This document shows positions 10,447 through 20,769 of a stretch of 64,000 nt of DNA, one piece after another. Source of the stretch: Bacteroidales bacterium (GTDB lineage Bacteria > Bacteroidota > Bacteroidia > Bacteroidales > SZUA-534); assembly GCA_045640185.1 (NCBI GenBank), contig JAZUEN010000053.1:6289-70288 (forward strand), written 5' to 3'. The notes beneath the pieces were generated by a model. The model was not told the DNA's origin and searched no databases. It worked only from the letters and a program-made list of their open reading frames with translations. Each line of letters begins with the position of its first letter. The stretch's first letter is position 1. The position numbers and the translations under genes were made by a program.

Positions 10447-10490
10447 AAGGTGTGTTCTATAAATGCACCGTTTGAAAAATGCGACAAATG
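10447..10490 (+). repeat. orphan copy of a 44-nt leader-like element (second copy at 40269-40312)
   Basis: AAGGTGTGTTCTATAAATGCACCGTTTGAAAAATGCGACAAATG matches 40269-40312 with 3 mismatches. Contains a GGTG(T)..(A)CACC inverted repeat. Confidence 0.7.
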
Positions 10491-10645
10491 GAATGAAATG
10501 CTTGAACTTTTCGCCGATTTTTGATTTTTTCCGGCACCTTGTTGGCCGTCGGGCAGTCATAGTGCCCGCACTGCTCCTTTCTTCCGCCCAACAATGCGCT
10601 CGCAAAATCTTCAAAAATCTCTCGAAATCTATTTATAGGCTCTCC

Positions 10646-11539
10646 TTAATGTATTTTGTGACCTGACCTATGCGACATCTTCATCCTGTAATCCCATATC
10701 ACGCCTCCATGCATGCCTACGGACACCAAACGTGCCTTGTCAATTTGATTTGAGTTCAATGTTCCGTTATACTTCAAGTCGGATGAAAGCACTGGCGAAT
10801 TGTTTTCCTTTCGAATATTACTCATGCAGTAGCTGAAATAAAAACCTGCATATACGCGGATCGCCTTGTTTATCTTATACGCCATGCCACATTCCATCAA
10901 GAATGACAGGTTGACTGGCTTCAATTTGCACTTGCCTTTCTCCTTGTTAACTTCAACAGCTGAAAAGCCATGCTGTGGCATGTCATGATACTCTACCTTG
11001 GTAAGCGGATAATAGCCTCGCGTTTCATAAACGCCATCGAGCAACTTGTAGGTCGTATTGACTGGAATTCCCAACCTGAAACCTGCCTTGCCTACCAATT
11101 CAAATGAATTGTTGATGATGGGATATTGGCAATATGCAGTGATAGGTATTTCAAGTTGAAGCATGTTCTGGCGTTCTGAAAAATCGGTATAATACGTGTG
11201 AAATTCATACGGAAGATCGTTTATGGAATCATACGCCTGGCTAACTTCCTTCACATCGTTGTAAATAACTCGCGACCTGTACGAAGACAATCCCAATCCA
11301 CTGTTTACACCCCAATTGTCATCAATCATGAAAACGCAACCTGTCTGGAAGCTAAATCCTGCACCGCACTTGTGCCGCCCATCCTGCGATGTGAATTGTA
11401 TGCTGTGCAATCCTCCACCCAACTCGCCTGTCAAATATTTGGGAATGAAATATTCAATGATTTGCGCATTGGAACTTGCCGGCACAATAGCCAACAACAT
11501 TGCTGCGACGACCAACTTCAATCTTCCTTGTCTTTTCAT
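10646..11539 (-). CDS. outer-membrane beta-barrel (porin-family) protein
   Basis: Signal peptide MKRQGRLKLVVAAMLLAIVPASSNAQ. Alternating Gly/aromatic beta-strand pattern. Lies directly downstream of the giant surface-protein gene. Confidence 0.55.
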   Translation of the reverse strand: MKRQGRLKLVVAAMLLAIVPASSNAQIIEYFIPKYLTGELGGGLHSIQFTSQDGRHKCGAGFSFQTGCVFMIDDNWGVNSGLGLSSYRSRVIYNDVKEVSQAYDSINDLPYEFHTYYTDFSERQNMLQLEIPITAYCQYPIINNSFELVGKAGFRLGIPVNTTYKLLDGVYETRGYYPLTKVEYHDMPQHGFSAVEVNKEKGKCKLKPVNLSFLMECGMAYKINKAIRVYAGFYFSYCMSNIRKENNSPVLSSDLKYNGTLNSNQIDKARLVSVGMHGGVIWDYRMKMSHRSGHKIH

Positions 11540-11596
11540 AAACCTATATGCTGACATTATATCGAACTTATTCATATACATATTCTGCCTTTTCTC

Positions 11597-14500
11597 TTAT
11601 AATTTGATGAATGAAACAGCCTTGCCATCGATTTTAACGATGTATAGACCTTGAGGCGTCTTTGTAAAATCAAATTCCTCAACGCCTTCTTTTGTAACTA
11701 TTCGTGACAATATGGTATTGCCCTTATCATCGGTAACGACTATGCGCTTGCCTACTTCGAGAATCGATCCTCTGACATAAGCTTTCTCAATGACAGGGTT
11801 TGGATACACAGTCATCGCAACCTCTTTCTTCTCTCCGAAGTTTCTATCGCAAGAGCAAATTTCAACTCCGCTGAATGTTGTGGCAACCAAGTAGTAGCTG
11901 CCAGTCAGGCCACCTACCTCATTGTAGAACTCGGTGGTGTCTATCAGCTGGTCATTATGATACCACTTGTAAGAGCAGAACATGCTGTCGGCATTGACAA
12001 CTGTAACGACATCGTCCCACATGGTGCGAATCATTTCTTTCTTACGTTGGTAAGGGATCTCCTTTCTTACATTCTTCCCGCCAAATGAGCCTGTCACTTC
12101 AACGGTGCCTTCATATGCGGAAGATTCCGGCAATTCATATTCAGGTCCGAATTGTGTAGTATCGACAACGCCATTGACGCTCCATACAAATTCAACGTTA
12201 TGGCTGACACCGGTCAATTCTATCTTCTTTTCGTTTTCGCATGTAACAAACTTGTCGGGTGTGGTAAATTCAACTATTGGATCCCAAATTGCATAAAAGA
12301 CAACACCTTCGCCGTTCATTGTACCGAAATCGGTGATTACACCACCTTGTGGCGATGCCGACCATCCGACAAACATATAGTCGGCACGAGTTGGCACGGT
12401 TTCAGGTGCGACAATTGCACTGTCCATTGCTATCTTTTCAGACTTGAAAACAGCATCAGTGCCATCATTCATTTTCCATAATGCCATAAACTGATTTAGG
12501 CTCCAAATTGCATAGAATGATGTTCCGCCCGACGGCATTGTGCCGAAGTCGGTCAGGATTTCACCATCGGCGGTTGACGACCAGCCCTGGAATTCGTAAT
12601 TGGCGCGAACTGGTACGGTGTCTGGCATTGCCAGTGTGTCGCCGACATTTGTCCTAACTATATAGAACACTGAATCTGTGCCATCATTCATATACCAGTT
12701 AGCCGTGAACTGATTTAGGCTCCAAATTGCATAGAATGATGTTCCGCCCGACGGCATTGTGCCGAAGTCGGTCAGGATTTCACCATCGGCGGTTGACGAC
12801 CAGCCTTGGAATGCATAATTGGCACGCGATGGAACACTATCCGGCGCCACCAAAGTACTGCTTACGGTTGCTTGTGCCGTAAAGAATATGTCGTCTGAAC
12901 CATTATTGACGTACCATAAGGCATCGTAGAGGACGTCTTCCCATACAGCATAGAACTCGATTCCGCCTGACGGCATTGTGCCGAAGTCGGTCAGGATTTC
13001 ACCATCGGCGGTTGACGACCAGCCCTTGAATAGATAATCAATGCGAACTGGTGCGGCATCAAGCACTGCCAATGTATCGCTGACATTTGCCATCACTGTA
13101 TAGAACACTGAATCTGTGCCGTCATTCATATACCAGTTAGCCGTGAACTGATTGAGGCTCCAAATTGCATAGAATGATGTTCCGCCCGACGGCATTGTGC
13201 CAAAGTCGGTCAGGATTTCACCATCGGCGGTTGACGACCAGCCTTGAAATGCATAATTGGCGCGGGCTGGTACGGTGTCTGGCGCAATTACTGGAGAACT
13301 AACACTTGCCGTTGTGGTCAAGAAAATTGAATCTGAACCGTCGTTCATATACCATATTGCATCATAGACATCTTCTGCCCATACGGCATAGAATGCTGTG
13401 TCATTGTCTGGCATAGTGCCAAAGTCTGATTCTGCCAAACCGCTTTGCGATGATGACCAGCCCATAAAATGATGGTATTTGCGAGAAGGTGTTTCGACTG
13501 GCGAAACTATTTCTGCAAGATATTCTATGGTGTCGGTAGCGAAGATGCTGTCAGTACCGTTATTGATGTACCAGGCAACTACATTCTTGTTCAATTGCCA
13601 AATGGCGTAGAATGTGGTGTCGCTAGCCTCCATTGTGCCAAAATCTGAAATTACGTCGCCGTCTTCAGTGGCAGACCAGCCCAGGAACTGATAATGCTCA
13701 AACGAAGGATTGTTTGCCGGCTGGCTGATATAGTCGCCGTAATTGACTTCTGTCGTTGTGAAATTTCCGCTTGTACCATCGTTGAACTTCCAGTTGACAG
13801 TATATGCGTTAACTGACCAAACGGCATAGAATGTGGTGTCGGCATCAGGCATTGTGGTTATTTCAACAATGTCAGACACAGATGCATCAGATGCAGAAGC
13901 CCACCCCTCAAAAGTATGACCCTTGCGAGTTGCTGTTGGCTTGACAATTTCCTGGCCGTAGTCAACGGCTCCACTTGTATATGTCCCGCTCAGGTCACCA
14001 CCATTGGCATCCCAAGAAAGATTGTTGCTGTTGATTTGCCATTGTGCGTAGAATTTCACTTCGTTGGCATTCATTGTGCCAAACTCTGAAATGACTTCGC
14101 TATCGGCGGTTTTCGACCAGCCTAGGAATTTATAGTGCTCTCTTGACGGGTCGGGTTCAATCTTGCTAATGGCATTGCCGAATGCTACATTGTTTGAGCC
14201 ATATAGATTGTCTGTTCCATCATTCAACAGCCATTCAACCACATAGTCTTTAGCCACCCACAAGGCATAATACTCGACATCTTCGTCAGGCATTGTGCTG
14301 GCAACGCTTGTTGGGGCGGTTGATGTTGCAGACTCGCCCCAACCTGCAAACTTGTAGCCTGTCCTTGATACATTTGTTGGTGCCACAATGGTAGTGTCAT
14401 AAGCAACAGTGCCACTTGTATAAGTGCCACCCAGCTCACCACCGTTGGCAATCCAGGTAAGGGTGTGCTGGTTTGCCTCCCAAACAGCATAATAAGTTAC

Positions 14501-17500
14501 GTTATCGTCGGGCATTGTGGTTATTTCAACAGTTTCGGTTGAACCGAGCGTTATAGTCCAGCCCTTGAAAGTATAACCATAGCGAGTTGCCAAAGGTGCA
14601 GTAATAGTTGTACCATAAGAGACTGTGCCTTTTGTGTAGTTGCCACTTAATTCACCACTGTTGGCATTCCAGGTAAGAGTGTGCTGGTTGATTTTCCAAA
14701 TTGCGAAGAATTCCTTGTCCTCGCCAGGCATTGTAAGCGGAATGTTTATGGTTGACGTTGCGGTAGCCGATTCACCCCAGCCAATAAATGTATAACCAGT
14801 ACGTGATGCATTAGGCTTGACAATGTCTGTGCCATAATCGACAGAACCAGAAGTGTAGCTTCCGCTCAAACTACCACCATTGGCATTCCAAGTAAGATTG
14901 TATTTGTTTGGTATCCATTGAGCATAGAATGTGGCGCCTGCGGTAGTCATCTTGCCGAAATCGCCATTTGTGATGATTGCTCCATTTTTTGTCTTTGACC
15001 AACCTGCGAATGTGTATTTGTCACGGTCAGGAACACCAGCAGGTGCCTCAATGTCTTCTCCGTAATTAAAGAAACTCGTAGGTTGTGGCGAGCCAGCATA
15101 GTTCCAATCCCAAATGACTTTATATTCGTTTACATCCCAAACATCATAGTAGGTCAAATCGGCATCTGGCATTTGAGTGGCAACAACAGTTGTATTGCCT
15201 CCATTAGTCAATGACCAACCTTTGTGAGTATAGCCTTCACGGTTCAATTTAGGTTCGATGATAGTTGCTCCGAACATTACTGAGCCTTTTGTATACGATT
15301 CACTTTCCAAAGTACCGTAACCTATTGACCAAGTAAGAATATGAATGTTACGCTTGTAATAGATTTCGACTACAGTAGTGCCGTCTTCCTTAATGGTTGC
15401 CTGTGAAAAATTCTGAGCAGTGAACCCTTCATAATTTTTGGCAGATGCGTTTGTCTGCAATCCCCAAACACCTGATCCATTATCAGTTGTGGTTGGTGTT
15501 GCAGGATAATTGCCATCAAGGTCCTCTTGATAGTGGTTGACAACGTACGGCTTGCTGTCATTGACAACAAAAATTGCATAATATACTACATTGGAATCTA
15601 CCGTTGCTTCTGTCAAATTCAGTGCGTTATTTACGGTATCAATGGTATTCCATCCAATAAAATGCTTGCCTGCCACGGCTTCCAGGTCGCTTGCGCTTGG
15701 TATCTCCAAATAAGAACCATATTTGTAATTGCCTGTTAAAACTGGTGCCGATCCATTGTACCACTTGACATCGTAACTGTTTCGAGTGTATTTAATATCT
15801 ACAACGGTAGTCCCATCAGCCTTAATTATTTCTTGGCTGATAGTCTCTGGCGCGGTGAATCCAGTATATGTCTTTGCTGTTGCTTGTGTCTGCAAACCGA
15901 CAGTGCCTGAACCGGTTTCGGTTTCCTCAGGGTCTGTAGGATATGTGCCATCGAGATTTTGCTTGTAATGATTTACTGTGTATGACTTGCTGTCGTTTGT
16001 GGCAAAAATAGCATAATAGGTTGCAGCGCCCTCAACTGTCTTGCCTCCTAAAGAAAGAGCGACAGTTGCATTGGCATCAGTGTTCCATCCTACAAAATGC
16101 TTGCCTGCCACAGCAGGTGGATCGCTTGGTATCACCAATTCAGAACCATATTTGTAATTGCCTGCTAAAACTGGTGCCGATCCATTGTACCAATTGACAT
16201 CGTAACTGTTACGGGTATAATTAATATCTACCACAGTGTTTCCATCTTCTGAAACGGTTCCCTGATTGATAGACGCAGGTGCGGTAAATCCGGTATATGT
16301 CTTTGCCGTTGCTTGTGTCTGCAAACCGAACACCTCCATAATGGTATCGGTGGCAAATGGTGTTGTCGGATAATTGTTGTCATCAAGATTTTGCAGGAAG
16401 TGTCTTACAACATAAGGCTTGCGGTCGTTTGTGGCAAAAATTGCGTGGAATGTGGTGTCTTTTCGCAAAAGGCTGTTCTCGTCAAATGTCACGGCAGTTG
16501 TTGCGTCGGGGTTTGGATTCCATCCGATGAAATGCTTGCCGGCATCAGGCGTAACTGTCACGTTTGGTTCGGTCATTACAGTGCCGTACTTGTATGTCCC
16601 GTTGCTTACAACCTCGCCTTTTGACTTCCAATTGACTGTATATGAATTACGTGTATAATATATCTTGACAATTACGTTGGTGTTGTCCAATAGCTTTTGG
16701 TCAAAAGGCATTGGTGTAAAACCTTCGTAATTATTGGGTTCTGCTGTTGTATTGCATAATAAATACCCTTCGCATTTAACGCTTTCAGGTTTCAAGAAAC
16801 CAGTGCCTTCAATATTTTGCTTATAGTGGTAAGTAAGGTAATCGTATTTCTTCGACTTTATATCTGACATAAAATCTCCGGTATCCCTTACAACGGCAAA
16901 ACGATTCCAAATAGACGAATTGCTATATATGTCAAATGCCTCGCTAGGAACGTACAAAATCACCTTTGTGTTGCCAGAATACATTGAACTGCTGAACGAA
17001 CTAGTGGTGGCAATTGGTGGCTGATTGGTGCCAACCCTAATGAAACTAAGGCTTTTCATCTCTGCCATGTTGCCACTATTGCCGTCAACCACGGATTTGA
17101 TGTCATCTCCCAAGTCAAGGCCTTGTAAATATTTATTGCAATAAAATGCATGAATGCCAACCTGCGTCGTGCCATCGGCAACTTTGTAGAACAAACGCTT
17201 GTTTCCGCGAGGATATGAAATCAGTTTTGTTTTAGACTTGTTATACAAAACACCGCAAGTGTCACTGCTATATGTGCCGTTGCCTTCATCTACATAATAG
17301 TACTCCAGATTTTCCAATGGGTAAAGGTATTCTCCGTTTATTTCGTTTGCCACTTTGTTTATGGAAAAAGTCTTAGTGTTGGCATTCGATTTAATGGTAG
17401 ATACTGTTATTTTCTTTGTCTTGGCCGGCATGACATAATCTTTGACTGCCACGTCGGAACCGTAAAGCACCATTGTCACTGTGTCATCAGAATAAAAAAC

Positions 17501-18634
17501 ACCATCGATATTGACATATATGTTTTCTGAATTCAGGAAATTGACGGAATACGTAGTGCTATGGTATGCCGTAGCAGAAATTTTACCTGCTTTCAACTTT
17601 GTACATTGCCCGTAATCGATGTTTTTAATATATGGATGGCTATAAAACGCATAATCGCCGACCTGTGTGACATTCGCAGGTACTACAAACGTTTCTTGCG
17701 TGTTGCATTTAAAATATCGGCATAGAATGGTGTCGGCAGAAGTGTATTTATACAACACACCGTCAATCACTTCAAAACATTTATTTCCCTCATCAATATC
17801 TGGCAAAAAACTATTGTTTGAAGCATACATCAATGCCGATGTTCCCATAGATTCAACCTTTGCACCAATGTGAAGGCTGACCAATTTGCCACCAGACACT
17901 ACAGAACCCATGCTTGTCACATTGTCGCCACCTGTTATGCGTTGCAAATTTTGCATTGCATAAAACGCAAATGTAGCAACGATTTCAACCGATGCCGGTA
18001 TGTCGTAATTGGCGCCACTCAAGTATGGAGGATAATAATACAGTTTCTTCATGTCCTTGCTATACAATATGCCGTCGGCATTTGTACACAGCGTGGAACT
18101 CGACTCGTCAACATGAAAATGCTTGACACCCGGGAAAGTCGTCCAGCTGAAAAAGTTATCTCCACCTGCCACTGTCCCGACGTTCTTTCCTATCACTAAT
18201 GTGTCGCCTTTATTTGGGGCTAACACTGCACAATGAAAGGCGTTTTTTTCAATGGTGGTAAGGGCTTCACTATCCAAATTGATTCTTATGCCTGAACCGT
18301 TAGGCCCGCTGACGCGCTCAAAAGCATAATACTTGATTGTTTTGACATTGCTACCTAATGTGACTGACTTCACATCGTAGCAGTAATAAAAGGCATCCTG
18401 CCCGATTGTGGTGACAAGATAATCTTTGCCTTTGACCGTAATGCTAGACGGAATGACAACATCGCCACTATACTGCCATTCACCAGCGACAACAGTGGCC
18501 TCACCCTTTTTAGGTGAATCCAGCTTGTAATAAACGATACCTTCTGCGCTAGAAGAAGCAAAATTATAATCGTACGAAAAAGCGCTTGCAAAAACCAATG
18601 TAAACGCCACTGTCAGTAGTAAATGTTTTGCCAT
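11597..18634 (-). CDS. giant T9SS-secreted surface protein (BspA-type LRR + Listeria-Bacteroides repeats + T9SS C-terminal domain)
   Basis: 2345 aa. Signal peptide. The N-terminal ~600 aa carry BspA-like LRR motifs (IGQDAFYYCYDVKSVTLGSNVKTIKYYAF). More than 20 repeats of ~70-75 aa follow, with the F.GW...-......FG.M.....FYA.W signature. The C-terminus TVYPNPVIEKAYV...GLYIVKIDGKAVSFIKL is a T9SS type A sorting domain. Confidence 0.85.
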   Translation of the reverse strand: MAKHLLLTVAFTLVFASAFSYDYNFASSSAEGIVYYKLDSPKKGEATVVAGEWQYSGDVVIPSSITVKGKDYLVTTIGQDAFYYCYDVKSVTLGSNVKTIKYYAFERVSGPNGSGIRINLDSEALTTIEKNAFHCAVLAPNKGDTLVIGKNVGTVAGGDNFFSWTTFPGVKHFHVDESSSTLCTNADGILYSKDMKKLYYYPPYLSGANYDIPASVEIVATFAFYAMQNLQRITGGDNVTSMGSVVSGGKLVSLHIGAKVESMGTSALMYASNNSFLPDIDEGNKCFEVIDGVLYKYTSADTILCRYFKCNTQETFVVPANVTQVGDYAFYSHPYIKNIDYGQCTKLKAGKISATAYHSTTYSVNFLNSENIYVNIDGVFYSDDTVTMVLYGSDVAVKDYVMPAKTKKITVSTIKSNANTKTFSINKVANEINGEYLYPLENLEYYYVDEGNGTYSSDTCGVLYNKSKTKLISYPRGNKRLFYKVADGTTQVGIHAFYCNKYLQGLDLGDDIKSVVDGNSGNMAEMKSLSFIRVGTNQPPIATTSSFSSSMYSGNTKVILYVPSEAFDIYSNSSIWNRFAVVRDTGDFMSDIKSKKYDYLTYHYKQNIEGTGFLKPESVKCEGYLLCNTTAEPNNYEGFTPMPFDQKLLDNTNVIVKIYYTRNSYTVNWKSKGEVVSNGTYKYGTVMTEPNVTVTPDAGKHFIGWNPNPDATTAVTFDENSLLRKDTTFHAIFATNDRKPYVVRHFLQNLDDNNYPTTPFATDTIMEVFGLQTQATAKTYTGFTAPASINQGTVSEDGNTVVDINYTRNSYDVNWYNGSAPVLAGNYKYGSELVIPSDPPAVAGKHFVGWNTDANATVALSLGGKTVEGAATYYAIFATNDSKSYTVNHYKQNLDGTYPTDPEETETGSGTVGLQTQATAKTYTGFTAPETISQEIIKADGTTVVDIKYTRNSYDVKWYNGSAPVLTGNYKYGSYLEIPSASDLEAVAGKHFIGWNTIDTVNNALNLTEATVDSNVVYYAIFVVNDSKPYVVNHYQEDLDGNYPATPTTTDNGSGVWGLQTNASAKNYEGFTAQNFSQATIKEDGTTVVEIYYKRNIHILTWSIGYGTLESESYTKGSVMFGATIIEPKLNREGYTHKGWSLTNGGNTTVVATQMPDADLTYYDVWDVNEYKVIWDWNYAGSPQPTSFFNYGEDIEAPAGVPDRDKYTFAGWSKTKNGAIITNGDFGKMTTAGATFYAQWIPNKYNLTWNANGGSLSGSYTSGSVDYGTDIVKPNASRTGYTFIGWGESATATSTINIPLTMPGEDKEFFAIWKINQHTLTWNANSGELSGNYTKGTVSYGTTITAPLATRYGYTFKGWTITLGSTETVEITTMPDDNVTYYAVWEANQHTLTWIANGGELGGTYTSGTVAYDTTIVAPTNVSRTGYKFAGWGESATSTAPTSVASTMPDEDVEYYALWVAKDYVVEWLLNDGTDNLYGSNNVAFGNAISKIEPDPSREHYKFLGWSKTADSEVISEFGTMNANEVKFYAQWQINSNNLSWDANGGDLSGTYTSGAVDYGQEIVKPTATRKGHTFEGWASASDASVSDIVEITTMPDADTTFYAVWSVNAYTVNWKFNDGTSGNFTTTEVNYGDYISQPANNPSFEHYQFLGWSATEDGDVISDFGTMEASDTTFYAIWQLNKNVVAWYINNGTDSIFATDTIEYLAEIVSPVETPSRKYHHFMGWSSSQSGLAESDFGTMPDNDTAFYAVWAEDVYDAIWYMNDGSDSIFLTTTASVSSPVIAPDTVPARANYAFQGWSSTADGEILTDFGTMPSGGTSFYAIWSLNQFTANWYMNDGTDSVFYTVMANVSDTLAVLDAAPVRIDYLFKGWSSTADGEILTDFGTMPSGGIEFYAVWEDVLYDALWYVNNGSDDIFFTAQATVSSTLVAPDSVPSRANYAFQGWSSTADGEILTDFGTMPSGGTSFYAIWSLNQFTANWYMNDGTDSVFYIVRTNVGDTLAMPDTVPVRANYEFQGWSSTADGEILTDFGTMPSGGTSFYAIWSLNQFMALWKMNDGTDAVFKSEKIAMDSAIVAPETVPTRADYMFVGWSASPQGGVITDFGTMNGEGVVFYAIWDPIVEFTTPDKFVTCENEKKIELTGVSHNVEFVWSVNGVVDTTQFGPEYELPESSAYEGTVEVTGSFGGKNVRKEIPYQRKKEMIRTMWDDVVTVVNADSMFCSYKWYHNDQLIDTTEFYNEVGGLTGSYYLVATTFSGVEICSCDRNFGEKKEVAMTVYPNPVIEKAYVRGSILEVGKRIVVTDDKGNTILSRIVTKEGVEEFDFTKTPQGLYIVKIDGKAVSFIKL
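12397..16657 (-). repeat. in-frame tandem coding repeats inside the giant surface-protein gene
   Basis: A 219-nt period with near-identical blocks starts at 12491 and 12710. The conserved core GGCATTGTGCC(G/A)AAGTCGGTCAGGATTTCACCATCGGCGGTTGACGACCAGCC recurs at 12534, 12753, 12972 and 13191 (the 13191 copy has A in place of G). More diverged units, including three ~115-aa units, extend to ~16.6 kb. Confidence 0.9.
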
Positions 18635-18883
18635 GTTTATGTGATTTTTCTATTGTTTTTCCCAAAAAAAACTGATATATAATCCATTGCAAAATTGCCA
18701 AAATTTCCACTTTACATATATAATAATGCGATTTTGATTCGGCCTTTTTGAGTAATGGCTTATAATGCAATGCTTAATGGATGCTTTTATGTGACAAACA
18801 GATTGCAGGTTAATGATAAAATGACATTCGCACCTGCGAAATTTCAATTCAAATGACCTTTTTATATATCTTGCGACCAAACA

Positions 18884-20701
18884 ATGCGACATTTTATGAA
18901 ACATATTGCAACTATTTCCATCACAGCCATAATAACGGCATTATCGCTAAACGCCTATGCCGACACGGCATTAATCGACGACTCGTTTGAAAGCACATCA
19001 ACCAAATGGAAGGCCCGTGGTTCTGAGTCTGTCGCCATTTCAGGCGAGACCGCACATTCCGGCTCGCAATCGCTAATGATAAGCAACCGCTCCAGCGTTT
19101 GGCATGGGGCACAGCTGTCATCAGACGAGTTCGCCAGTGCCGGGACCTATCATGTTGAATGCTATGTGTCGTACAGCGCAAACTACGCAGAGCACAAGTT
19201 TCAGCTATGCTGGCAAAACACAATCGGTTCAGAAACATCGTACCCAACCATAAACGAAAGTTCATGCAAAACCGGAGAATGGGCCAAATTGTCAGGGACA
19301 TTCGCCGTAACCAGCGAGATGAAGAACATCTCCGTATATGTCCAAACAGCTTACACCTCAAACCCTACCGATGAGGATCTCATTGATTTCTACATCGATG
19401 ATTTTAAATGCACTAAAATTGAAACGGGCAATTTCGACATCGCCTCCCTTTCCAACAACACACCACTAAAACAGCTTTACTCCGCCTATTTCAAGGTGGG
19501 TACAGCCGTCACCGCCAGCGAATTGGCAATGGAAAAGACAAAGCCACTAATCGAATATCACTTCAACAGCATCACGCCTGGCAACGAGCTGAAACCTGAC
19601 GCCTTGCTGAACCAGACACAATGCCAAAAAGACAACAAACCTGCAGTAAGGCTATCAAATGGAGCGAAATCGATACTGCAATACTGCTCCGACAACAACA
19701 TCCCATTCCGTGGACATTGCCTCGTATGGCACAGCCAAACACCAGAATGGTTCTTCCGCGAAGGGTTCAAGACTGACGGAGCACTGCTCGGCAAAGACGA
19801 CATGACAAAACGCATGGACGAATACATCAAAGCCGTGATTGAACTTGTAACCACCAGCTACCCCAACCTGAACATCTATGCTTGGGACGTGGTGAACGAG
19901 GCCTTCGGCGACGGCAACGGGCAACTGCGCACTGCCGGCACCAACGCAAGCAAAGGCGAATCGTTGTGGACCAAAATCTACGGCGACCAGTCGTTCATCG
20001 ACAGCGCATTCCACTTTGCACGGAAATATGCGCCTGCAACCTGCAGCCTCTACTACAACGACTTCAACGAGTATATCGATGCAAAACGCGATGCCATATA
20101 TGCCCTTGTCAAAAGGCTCTACGAAAACGGCACTTGCGACGGAATTGGAATGCAATCGCATTTGGCGACAAGCTACCCTTCCGTAAGCCAGTATGAAACC
20201 GCCCTGAAGAAATTTTGCGAAATTGGCTGCGACATTCAGGTGACCGAACTCGACATCACCATTGAAAACGGGGCCACGGAAAAAACACAAGCAAAAATGT
20301 ACAGCGACCTGTTCGACCTCTACATTAAGCATGCCGACAACATCAGCGCCGTCGTCTTTTGGGGCACACAAGACGGGACAAGCTGGCGAAGCAGCAAGAA
20401 CCCTCTGATTTTCAATGCCGATTTCGAACCAAAGGAATCGTTCTTCTCAATCATTGATGGCCTTGAACTGCCTGGCACCGGAATAAACCAACGGCCGTCG
20501 CCAACAGGCAACAGCTCGCTAAAAGTATATGGACAAAACGGATACGTGGTAATTGAACCGGAGACGGAACAGCCCATCCAAGCCACGATATACCGCATCG
20601 ACGGACTGCCAATGGGTTCGTATGCAATCAATGGACGCACGGAAATATGCCTGCCAAATGGCATATACATCATTGAACGCCAGACAGTCGTGGTGATGTA
20701 G
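18884..20701 (+). CDS. endo-1,4-beta-xylanase, GH10, with N-terminal CBM4_9-like module and putative T9SS C-terminal domain
   Basis: Signal peptide. CBM-like LIDDSFES...SGSQSLMISNRS. GH10 catalytic motifs AWDVVNEAF and IQVTELDIT. The C-terminal ~65 aa (KVYGQNGYVVIEP...GIYIIERQTVVVM) is sorting-domain-like. Confidence 0.8.
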   Translation: MRHFMKHIATISITAIITALSLNAYADTALIDDSFESTSTKWKARGSESVAISGETAHSGSQSLMISNRSSVWHGAQLSSDEFASAGTYHVECYVSYSANYAEHKFQLCWQNTIGSETSYPTINESSCKTGEWAKLSGTFAVTSEMKNISVYVQTAYTSNPTDEDLIDFYIDDFKCTKIETGNFDIASLSNNTPLKQLYSAYFKVGTAVTASELAMEKTKPLIEYHFNSITPGNELKPDALLNQTQCQKDNKPAVRLSNGAKSILQYCSDNNIPFRGHCLVWHSQTPEWFFREGFKTDGALLGKDDMTKRMDEYIKAVIELVTTSYPNLNIYAWDVVNEAFGDGNGQLRTAGTNASKGESLWTKIYGDQSFIDSAFHFARKYAPATCSLYYNDFNEYIDAKRDAIYALVKRLYENGTCDGIGMQSHLATSYPSVSQYETALKKFCEIGCDIQVTELDITIENGATEKTQAKMYSDLFDLYIKHADNISAVVFWGTQDGTSWRSSKNPLIFNADFEPKESFFSIIDGLELPGTGINQRPSPTGNSSLKVYGQNGYVVIEPETEQPIQATIYRIDGLPMGSYAINGRTEICLPNGIYIIERQTVVVM

Positions 20702-20769
20702 CCCACGTCTCCGAGAAACAAAAAAGGCCACCGGAAATCTGGTAGCCTTCAGTATTGCGAATTGATTTG

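Noticed and set aside
10463-10666. 67-aa ORF downstream of the orphan 44-nt element
   Set aside because: It has an odd composition and overlaps the 3' end of the convergent OMP gene. The frame that corresponds to the acyltransferase start stops after two codons. It is probably non-coding.
12397-16657. Regularly spaced repeats that might suggest a CRISPR array
   Set aside because: The repeats are in-frame ~219-nt protein-domain units inside one continuous 7-kb ORF. There is no short-repeat/unique-spacer structure, and no cas genes are in the window.
18635-18883. Possible invertible (phase-variable) promoter between the giant adhesin and xylanase genes
   Set aside because: I found no flanking inverted repeats in this intergenic region, and no site-specific recombinase gene is present in the window.
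20702-20769. Hairpin GGCCACC…GGTAGCC between the convergent xylanase and glycogen synthase genes as a bidirectional terminator
   Set aside because: The stem is short with one mismatch and no clear T-run on either side. It is too weak to annotate.
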